IMG/VR virus record: IMGVR_UViG_3300048855_000192
Location: 1 to 24,689 of that record
Origin: a virus
Taxonomy: Duplodnaviria; Caudoviricetes
Length of the DNA stretch: 24,689 bases
Direction: 5' to 3' (one strand)
Shown here piece by piece: positions 16,690-23,206 of the stretch. The notes under the pieces are model-generated. The model saw only the letters and a program-made list of their open reading frames with translations. It was not told the origin of the DNA and did no database searches. Positions within the stretch are counted from its first letter, which is position 1, and every line of letters starts with the position of its first letter. The translations under genes were made by a program, and so were the position numbers.

Positions 16690-17186
16690 GTGCCCCTCCG
16701 CTGGTCGAGAGCACTGCGGCCCGGTAAGGGGTCGCCGAAGATCGCAGCGGTGAGATCGTGGTGCTGCAGCGCCATCCGGCGGTCGCGCTGGCGCAGCAGG
16801 TCGTGACTGACGCCGGTCCGGTCATATCCGGCGATCGGCTTAATCGCGCCCGAAGGGTGCAACTCGCCATATTTGGTGGCGCTGGCCCCGATGCCGCGAT
16901 CCAGCGCGCGGTCGATATCGGTGAACAGATGGCCGGCAGCGCGCATGCGGTGCAGCACATCGATATCCTCGGCCGTCCATAGCCTCAGCGGCCGCCGCGC
17001 CTTCAGCCCGGCGGCGGTCGTGGCCTGCACCCGCTCTGCGGCCACGCGCATCTGCTTGAGCTTGCGCCATACCGAGATAACCGAACGGCCGATCGCTTCG
17101 GCGATTTGCTTCGGCTTGGCGCCCTGCCCGCGCATCCGCTGCAGCGTCGCCACCTCTTCCTCTGTCCAGAAAAGATTCGCCATCAT
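16686..17186 (-). CDS. Protein with two GcrA/Myb-like HTH repeats
   Basis: WTEEEVATLQRM..G..PKQIAEAIGRS and WTAEDIDVLHRM..G..FTDIDRALDRG; ATG 17186 overlaps the upstream stop. Confidence 0.65.
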   Translation of the reverse strand: MMANLFWTEEEVATLQRMRGQGAKPKQIAEAIGRSVISVWRKLKQMRVAAERVQATTAAGLKARRPLRLWTAEDIDVLHRMRAAGHLFTDIDRALDRGIGASATKYGELHPSGAIKPIAGYDRTGVSHDLLRQRDRRMALQHHDLTAAIFGDPLPGRSALDQRRGT

Positions 17187-17557
17187 GGTCGTTCCAAGAT
17201 CGGTGCAGATGGGCATCCCTCAATGGCGGCCTCAGCGACAGCGGCACGAGCCCACGTCTCATCGCGCCGGATCTGCTCGCAGCGAATGTCGCCCGCGACC
17301 GCGGCATAGCCGGAGCCGTCGATGTAATCGTCGATGTTGAAGGCACCGGCGTATCGGCGGGCCACCTTCAGGATCTCCATCAGGCAGGCGACGTCGTGCG
17401 CGTCGAGCGGATGCTTCGTCGCCTTGCCCATGCCGCGCAGCGCGCCGTTCCACATGTCGGCGATGCGCTGGTGATTGTCCGTTTTGTTGCCGTGGGTGAG
17501 CTCGCGGTCACCGCCGACCAGGCCGGCCGCTGCGGTCGCGATTTCAGACGCCTTCAT
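17183..17557 (-). CDS. DUF6378-like phage protein
   Basis: GDR..HG..N..RIA.MW..DVA.LM..LKVAR..DDYIDGSGYAA pattern. Confidence 0.75.
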   Translation of the reverse strand: MKASEIATAAAGLVGGDRELTHGNKTDNHQRIADMWNGALRGMGKATKHPLDAHDVACLMEILKVARRYAGAFNIDDYIDGSGYAAVAGDIRCEQIRRDETWARAAVAEAAIEGCPSAPILERP

Positions 17558-17861
17558 TTGAGTTCTCCATGAGGTCGACCAGCCCGCCGATGGGGCCGGA
17601 CGGCTTGCCGTCGGCGTCCCGCGTGATCGCGTGGCGGATGGATTGAATCGGCACGCCGTGTTGAAGCGCGAGGCTCAGCAGCACGGCGGAATCCCGGGCG
17701 AGCGTTTCGGCCTGCGTTCCCGACTTCGCGCAGTTCAGGAACACTTCGGAGATTGGCGCTTCGGGATCCGCGCGGCCGAAACCGACGATGTAGTCCAGCC
17801 CCAAATGACTGAACGTTGTCGTTTCGTGCATGCGGCGCGGCGGCAGCGGTGTACGGCTCAC
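17544..17861 (-). CDS. Stand-alone TSCPD-like protein resembling the class II ribonucleotide reductase C-terminal domain
   Basis: R.PLP.RR..EVFLNCAKSG..LLSLALQHGVP pattern. Confidence 0.7.
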   Translation of the reverse strand: MSRTPLPPRRMHETTTFSHLGLDYIVGFGRADPEAPISEVFLNCAKSGTQAETLARDSAVLLSLALQHGVPIQSIRHAITRDADGKPSGPIGGLVDLMENSNEGV

Positions 17862-18973
17862 TGCGTCGCCTCGCCCGCATCGCGCGTCGGCAGAAAATCA
17901 GGCACGTCGAGCGGCTCTTCGGCGCTTTCGATAACCTCGCCGGTTTCAGGATCATGCGGCGGCAGCGGCGCTTCATAACCCCACGCGTCCCAGCCTGGGC
18001 GCGCGCGGCGCGCGTTTAATTCGATCTTCGGCAAGCTCGGAAAATAGGACTCGATGAAATCATGGAAGCAGCCTGGCTTGGCGGAGTGCTCACCGAGCGG
18101 CGCATCGATCACGCTGGCTGATTGCGTCCCCATCGCCGGCGCCGGCACCTTTCCGCGCGTGCCGACCAGCAATAATTCGTGCTGATTTCGAAACCAGTAG
18201 CCGGTCCCGATCCGGTCCTTTTTCCAGATCGCATGACTTTTGTATTCGAAACCCCATGCCGCCATAACGCGTAGCGCATCGAGCAGCATCGGCGCCGTGG
18301 CCCACAGGAACAGCACGCAATCATCGGCGGCGATGTCGACCACAGGCCGGGCGCAAATCGCATCGGTCTCGGAGGTCGGATAGTGGTTGTCGGCGGCACG
18401 GTCCATGCCCCGTTCGAGGCTGTAGGTCGCGAACCGCCATTCCGGGTCGGCGAGGATGAGGCCGTACCTTTTGTCTGGGAGCGCGCGCTGACTCTCGCCG
18501 AGCTGCCGCTCCCGCTCTTCGCGCGCGGCCTTCTTGTCGACATGACGGCCTTCCGACAGCACGTCGAAGGAGCGCTTGTTTGGATTTGCCTCTGCGTAGG
18601 CGCGACAGCGCGCCACCAGGCGCTCAAAGCTGTCGCCAGGGATGGCGGCAATCTTCTGCTCTTCAGAAGATTCGTTACGAGAAATTCCAAGTTCATCGAG
18701 CGTAAAAGAAATGTCATTCGTGGATGACATTTCTTTTGAAGCCTGGCCGCGCCTGATCTGACCGGCGGCCTTCATGCTGGCGAGGATCTCCCCGCGGCGC
18801 TTTTTGGCGCGCACCCGGATCTCGATCGCGTCGATCTCGATTTGCCGGTTTCGGATACGCCGGCCGTATTCGCGGACCGCAGCGGCCTTGTCGATCCAGT
18901 CGGTGACTTCATCGACGCTCTTCGCCTCGGCGATCGCCCGGCAGGCGGCGTCGTATTTCAGAACCGCGCTCAA
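17858..18973 (-). CDS. MT-A70 family adenine methyltransferase with N-terminal helical/HTH domain
   Basis: ILADPEW, NHYPT, LFLWAT, WGFEY, GYWFRNQHELLLVG, HSAKP and ELNAR motifs; TTG start overlapping the upstream stop. Confidence 0.9.
   Translation of the reverse strand: MSAVLKYDAACRAIAEAKSVDEVTDWIDKAAAVREYGRRIRNRQIEIDAIEIRVRAKKRRGEILASMKAAGQIRRGQASKEMSSTNDISFTLDELGISRNESSEEQKIAAIPGDSFERLVARCRAYAEANPNKRSFDVLSEGRHVDKKAAREERERQLGESQRALPDKRYGLILADPEWRFATYSLERGMDRAADNHYPTSETDAICARPVVDIAADDCVLFLWATAPMLLDALRVMAAWGFEYKSHAIWKKDRIGTGYWFRNQHELLLVGTRGKVPAPAMGTQSASVIDAPLGEHSAKPGCFHDFIESYFPSLPKIELNARRARPGWDAWGYEAPLPPHDPETGEVIESAEEPLDVPDFLPTRDAGEATQ
18704..18737. repeat. Perfect 14-bp-arm inverted repeat inside the methyltransferase gene
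   Basis: AAAAGAAATGTCAT-tcgtgg-ATGACATTTCTTTT. Confidence 0.85.
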
Positions 18974-19110
18974 AGCCGGTCACCCAGATGCGGCACGTCG
19001 CCAAAAGGTTCGGCAAACGGGTCCGGCTGCAGCTTGAGCGGCCACGTGATCGTCAGGGCGGCGGCAGCCAGTCCCATCGCGCATAAGCCCATCGACAGAA
19101 AAAACGCCAT
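18970..19110 (-). CDS. Small hydrophobic protein (46 aa), not in the ORF track
   Basis: MAFFLSMGLCAMGLAAAALTITWPLKLQPDPFAEPFGDVPHLGDRL; GAGG RBS; stop overlaps the methyltransferase start. Confidence 0.6.
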   Translation of the reverse strand: MAFFLSMGLCAMGLAAAALTITWPLKLQPDPFAEPFGDVPHLGDRL

Positions 19111-19347
19111 CAAAGCGCCCTCGCCTCTTTGAGAAATTGCTCGCGGGAAAAGTCCGAACCAGCCGGCGCCGGAGACGCCTGGCCGGGCATGACAGCGCCG
19201 GCCGGTTCGTTCGCCGGCGCTTGGGGGACCGCCGGTGAAGGGGCGCGCAATGCGCGCAAATGAGCGTGGAGATCGCCGGATGCAACTGGCGCTGCATCCG
19301 GTTCTCCCACTACGTTGGAGGTGCCAACCGAACCAACGGAGGACGAA

Positions 19348-19602
19348 ATGTTTGAAGACTGGAAAAAGGATGCCCGGGGCAACATCAGCGTGAACCCCCT
19401 TGTCGGGTTTTCGACGATGATTGCGGCCGAGACGGCAATCGGGGTGAAGCTCGATTACCTAGTGGATGGAGACAAATTCGAAAAACCGTCGGGCGGTCTG
19501 CAACTGGTGTTGACGCCGAGCCAAGCAGAAGAGCTTGCTCAGGCGCTACTGACCGCAGCGAACAAGGTTCTGCAAACGAAGCCGACGGGCCTGCTTTCAT
19601 AA
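19348..19602 (+). CDS. BssS-like small protein (84 aa), antisense to the early operon
   Basis: GGAGG RBS; NPLVGF..VKLDY..QLVLTPSQAEELAQAL resembles the BssS pattern HPLVGW..LRLHY..LWLTTDVARQFISIL. Confidence 0.65.
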   Translation: MFEDWKKDARGNISVNPLVGFSTMIAAETAIGVKLDYLVDGDKFEKPSGGLQLVLTPSQAEELAQALLTAANKVLQTKPTGLLS

Positions 19603-19632
19603 GGTCGGTGCTGGTCGGCGCGCGGGGCTGCG

Positions 19633-20067
19633 TCATTCCGCGGCCTCCGCCTGCAGCGCTTCGATAGCGCGGCGGTTTTCTTCGAGCTGCCTACGAGCAG
19701 CATTGACGTCGAGCTGCTTGCGATACTTCGAAAACCACTCCGGGCTTTCATCGCCCATGACGGCGAAAAGCACATCGCGACCAAGCGGCGAACGCAGAAG
19801 CTTGGTCAACACCGCGGAATTTTCGACGCGAAAGCCGGCCAGGAGCTTCTGACAATTGCTCAATGGCTCATCGATCAAAATCGCAAGGTGCTGCGCGGCC
19901 TTAACCGGCGGCAGCAGCGCCTTCACCTTCTGCATGACCGGAGAAATCTGATTCCCGATCGGCGCATTCTGATTCCCGATCCGGCTATCGGCCGCCGCCG
20001 TACGATTCCGGTTCGGGAAACGCGCTGATTTGGCCACAGCGCGTGACCGGGCTACGTGCTTCGTCAT
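19633..20067 (-). CDS. CII-like transcription regulator
   Basis: Directly after cro with ATGA overlap; HTH-like AAQHLAILIDEPLSNCQKLLAG. Confidence 0.6.
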   Translation of the reverse strand: MTKHVARSRAVAKSARFPNRNRTAAADSRIGNQNAPIGNQISPVMQKVKALLPPVKAAQHLAILIDEPLSNCQKLLAGFRVENSAVLTKLLRSPLGRDVLFAVMGDESPEWFSKYRKQLDVNAARRQLEENRRAIEALQAEAAE

Positions 20068-20315
20068 GAGTTCACCTGTTCGGAGAGCAGCGATGTCTGA
20101 GGCGAAGGCGATGGAACGTGCATGGAAACGAGGGTGTCGTAGCTCACGCCAGCAATGCCGCGCTCACGCGCGGCCTCGACCAGCTTTGGCCAGTAGCGAA
20201 CTGGAATTGATGCTCGACGGCGCATTTCGGACGCCGTCGAAAGATTGAGACCAAGGGCAGCCGCAAAAGCGCCCGTCCCTTCAAAGCCCGCGAAAACGTC
20301 GTCGACGGTGTTCAT
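20064..20315 (-). CDS. Cro-like repressor
   Basis: FAAALGLNLSTASEMRRRASIP HTH; divergent from cI. Confidence 0.85.
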   Translation of the reverse strand: MNTVDDVFAGFEGTGAFAAALGLNLSTASEMRRRASIPVRYWPKLVEAARERGIAGVSYDTLVSMHVPSPSPQTSLLSEQVNS

Positions 20316-20322
20316 ACCCCGC

Positions 20323-20392
20323 CGCGTACATGATTCGTGTTCGCGTGGTCAACATTATTCGTGTTTACACGTTATGGGAAACTCTGCATATG
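20323..20392. promoter_or_regulatory. cI/cro control region: operators at 20328-20340 and 20352-20364; PR-like (minus) and PRM-like (plus) promoters
   Basis: ACATNNNTCGTGT twice; minus strand TTGACC-18-TACGCG; plus strand TTTACA-17-CATATG. Confidence 0.7.
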
Positions 20393-20398
20393 AGTGAA

Positions 20399-21136
20399 AT
20401 GGGCGAACGACTAAAGCGAGCACGAGAGGCTGCGGGATATCCATCCGCCCGCGCGGCGGCGACGAGGAAAGACTGGAAAGTCTCCACGTATGCGGCTCAC
20501 GAAAATGGTCAGAACGAATTCGGACCAGACGAAGCCCAAAAATACGCCAAGGCTTTCAAGGTCAAGGCGGGCTACCTGCTCACCGGCGAAGGCGAGTCTG
20601 ACACAAGCGAGCAGGTACGCGTGCCGCTCGGCGGAGAATTTGCGCCCGACACAGATGGTGGGGACATCCCGCTAACCGAACTCGACCGGCCCTTCCCGGA
20701 CGCTCTTCCGCAGATGGTGGGGCGCATAGGCGGCGGATCGACGGGTGCGGTGATAACCATCGACGTCGGCGAAATGCAGACTCGTGAGGAAGTCGGCGAG
20801 TGGTGGCGAATTCCGCCTGTCGTCTTACGCGGCCTGGCCCGATCGGATGTCGCAAAGACTGTGGGCTTCGCCATGGACGGCGACAGCATGGAGCCAACAA
20901 TTCAACGGACCGACATAGTTTTCATCGATACCGGAAGGCAAAAAATCGAACCCGACGGAATTTGGGCCCTCGACTACGGGCTCGGTCGCACTCTTAAGCG
21001 GGTTTCAGTTGAAAGGGTCGACGGCAATCTGCGGTTTGTCCTAAAATCTGACAATAAAGCATACCCGGACCAATCGTTCGGCCCTGAGGAAGTCACTATC
21101 TTTGGTCGTTATGTTGGCCGGTTTTCGGTCTTTTGA
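20399..21136 (+). CDS. CI-like repressor (XRE HTH plus S24 autopeptidase)
   Basis: RLKRAREAAG..STYAAHENG HTH; GDSMEP serine and TLKR lysine; start may be ATG 20390 or 20399. Confidence 0.93.
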   Translation: MGERLKRAREAAGYPSARAAATRKDWKVSTYAAHENGQNEFGPDEAQKYAKAFKVKAGYLLTGEGESDTSEQVRVPLGGEFAPDTDGGDIPLTELDRPFPDALPQMVGRIGGGSTGAVITIDVGEMQTREEVGEWWRIPPVVLRGLARSDVAKTVGFAMDGDSMEPTIQRTDIVFIDTGRQKIEPDGIWALDYGLGRTLKRVSVERVDGNLRFVLKSDNKAYPDQSFGPEEVTIFGRYVGRFSVF

Positions 21137-21151
21137 ATCGCCTACCCTAAT

Positions 21152-21183
21152 AAACAAGGCCCGCATTGCTGCGGGCCTTTTCA
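21152..21183. terminator. Terminator between the convergent cI and porin genes, probably bidirectional
   Basis: AAGGCCCGCA-TTGC-TGCGGGCCTT with A-rich left flank and T-rich right flank. Confidence 0.8.
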
Positions 21184-21203
21184 TTGTCGGCAATTGAAAA
21201 AGG

Positions 21204-21893
21204 TTAGAACCCGCTGCCGAAGTGGTAGTTGATACCACCCTTGACGCTATGCGTGGTCAGACCAAGGCTGTTGCCGCCGGCAATATTGTAGTTCTCGGAG
21301 CCGTAGTCGGCATACATGTACTCTGCCTTAGCCGACCATGCCGGCAAGAACATGTATTCGAGACCGCCTCCGACCGTCCAACCAGAGTGCACCTTGCTCT
21401 CCGAAACGTTCAAGCCAAGCGCGCTGACCGAAACGCGGTTGTCGGCCCAGGCGTAGCCGCCCTTAGCGTAGAAGAGCGCGGCACCGGCGGTCACACCAAG
21501 GCGCCCCGTGACGCTGCCGAAGGAGCGAATCTTGTCTTCGATTGTGACCGGGATGAACCCGACAAATCCGGTTTCTCGATACTTAACATCAGATCCGGCG
21601 GCGTCGACTTCCAGACTCCAAAGCCACATGCTACCTGGAGTCTGCCAGTTGTAGCCGATCGTGCCGCCGCCAAACCCGCCTTTGATGTCGGTCGACGACG
21701 TGGCGACGCCCCCGGTGCTGATCTGGTCCGACCATGAGTAACCGCCCATGGCGCCAACATAGAACCCGGACCAGTTGTACATCGGCGACGTCACCGGCGG
21801 AGCTTTAGTGTACGTCCGCGGAGCCATGTCAGCGGCCGAGGCCGTCCCGGTCAACGCCATCAGTGCACCGGCTGCAAACAGAATGCTTTTCAT
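21204..21893 (-). CDS. Outer membrane beta-barrel protein, Omp25/Omp31/RopB family
   Basis: Signal peptide ending ASA-AD; YTKAPP, WSGFYVG, GWTVGGGLEY and KAEYMY motifs; terminal Phe. Confidence 0.92.
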   Translation of the reverse strand: MKSILFAAGALMALTGTASAADMAPRTYTKAPPVTSPMYNWSGFYVGAMGGYSWSDQISTGGVATSSTDIKGGFGGGTIGYNWQTPGSMWLWSLEVDAAGSDVKYRETGFVGFIPVTIEDKIRSFGSVTGRLGVTAGAALFYAKGGYAWADNRVSVSALGLNVSESKVHSGWTVGGGLEYMFLPAWSAKAEYMYADYGSENYNIAGGNSLGLTTHSVKGGINYHFGSGF

Positions 21894-22060
21894 AAAAATA
21901 CCCCTTGTTTGGATTCCTAGCGAAACGAGCCCAACACAGGGAAACTGGCAACACAACGATGGGAGTGGCCCGGGAAAGCGCAATTACTGAGCGAGTTGCA
22001 CAAACGTCACGGAAAAATGGCGTTTCCGACTCCCCTAAAAGAACAAAGCGGCATTTACTT

Positions 22061-22102
22061 ACATATTTCGTGTTGAAATTATCAACATGTATCGTGTACG
22101 TT
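22061..22102 (+). promoter_or_regulatory. PL-like promoter with operators at 22061-22073 and 22085-22097
   Basis: ACATATTTCGTGT and ACATGTATCGTGT; TTGAAA-18-TACGTT. Confidence 0.7.
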
Positions 22103-22113
22103 TCACGTGAAAC
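22100..22113. promoter_or_regulatory. parS-like site (ParB-binding palindrome)
   Basis: GTTTCACGTGAAAC is an exact match to the 14-bp core of the chromosomal parS consensus TGTTTCACGTGAAACA. Confidence 0.7.
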
Positions 22114-22130
22114 CACGGGAGATGTACACG

Positions 22131-22406
22131 ATGACACGCCAACACCGCTGCAACCGCCTTCCCGCCGCCCCCTCGACCATCCGTACCCAAGCCGCCGTAT
22201 CGTCGTTGATCGCCACTTCGATGGTGCAGCCGCGGGCAGGACTCACCGGCGCCGCCGCTGTCGCCCAGCTGGCGGACGACATGCGCCGCAGCGAGAGCAT
22301 CACCCGCGACGACCTCGAGACGCTTGGCTGGACGTCGGGCCAGCTCGACGCCCTGGCTGGCAAGGCGCGCACCCGCGCCCAGCGTCTGGCCGGCGCATCC
22401 GCATGA
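22131..22406 (+). CDS. Early hypothetical protein
   Basis: GGGAG RBS; first gene after the PL-like promoter; ATGA-coupled to the next gene. Confidence 0.7.
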   Translation: MTRQHRCNRLPAAPSTIRTQAAVSSLIATSMVQPRAGLTGAAAVAQLADDMRRSESITRDDLETLGWTSGQLDALAGKARTRAQRLAGASA

Positions 22407-22612
22407 CCGCGCAGCAGCAAGCAGATCAGATGCTGGGCGCTTATCAGGCGGCCTGCTACGCGACCCGGCACCTGCCGGCCGCGCTCCGCGAGCGCGTCAT
22501 CGACGACGCCATTTTGCTTGCCGCCAACAGCAACAGCGCGCCCTCGGACGCGCTGTTTGATGCCCAGATCGCCGCCGTCCGGGGCGTGATCGGCGCGGCG
22601 GACATGGCATGA
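22403..22612 (+). CDS. Early hypothetical protein (69 aa)
   Basis: MTAQQQADQMLG...; ATGA overlaps on both sides. Confidence 0.7.
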   Translation: MTAQQQADQMLGAYQAACYATRHLPAALRERVIDDAILLAANSNSAPSDALFDAQIAAVRGVIGAADMA

Positions 22613-22701
22613 TCAAGATGATGGCAGAGGAAGTCGCTGCCCTGATCTCGCTGGTGGCGTTCTGCGGCATGATCGCCGTCTGGGCGATGGTGATGTCATG
22701 A
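22609..22701 (+). CDS. 30-aa single-pass membrane peptide, not in the ORF track
   Basis: MIKMMAEEVAALISLVAFCGMIAVWAMVMS; exactly fills the gap with ATGA overlaps at both ends. Confidence 0.65.
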   Translation: MIKMMAEEVAALISLVAFCGMIAVWAMVMS

Positions 22702-22913
22702 GGGTCCGACCGCTTTCCCCGGTTCAGCGGCAGTGTGTCATTGAGGCGACTATCGAGCCGCTGGCGCCCTATCCGCGCGGCTATGCCCGCACAAAAACTG
22801 GCCCGTTCTTTGATGCGCGGACGGTCCATTACCTAGTTCTGCGCGGCGACCTTCGCATGATCAAGGAGCGGGTCGGCGCGCATTTCCGCAGCGTTACAGC
22901 GAGGGCAGCATGA
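22698..22913 (+). CDS. Early hypothetical protein (71 aa, basic)
   Basis: ATGA coupling on both sides. Confidence 0.65.
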   Translation: MRVRPLSPVQRQCVIEATIEPLAPYPRGYARTKTGPFFDARTVHYLVLRGDLRMIKERVGAHFRSVTARAA

Positions 22914-23206
22914 CCACACAAGCAGAGCGCGATCAGCTCGCAGACATGGTGCTGGAGATGCTGGAGCATCGACCGGAAGGCGTCTTTGGCAAGCCCGACG
23001 CGCGCATCGCGATCGTTGTCGCAGCTTCGGCGGTGCGCCGCGGACGACACCTGACCGAGCAGGAGCAGTTGATCAACCTCGCAAACGGAATCGAAGAGCC
23101 GATCGAAGGCGACACGCCGGAAGACATCGCCAGCAGCAAGGCCTTGGCCGATCGCATCCGCCGCGCCGCAGGCGTGGTCACGTCTCAGGACCGAGGCCAA
23201 CCATGA
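22910..23206 (+). CDS. Early hypothetical protein (98 aa)
   Basis: GAGG RBS; ATGA coupling. Confidence 0.7.
   Translation: MTTQAERDQLADMVLEMLEHRPEGVFGKPDARIAIVVAASAVRRGRHLTEQEQLINLANGIEEPIEGDTPEDIASSKALADRIRRAAGVVTSQDRGQP

Noticed and set aside
19110-19636. Minus-strand ORFs 19385-19636 and 19110-19385
   Set aside because: Low-complexity Pro/Ser/Ala-rich translations overlapping the better-supported plus-strand gene; their stop-start overlaps mean a remnant gene cannot be fully excluded
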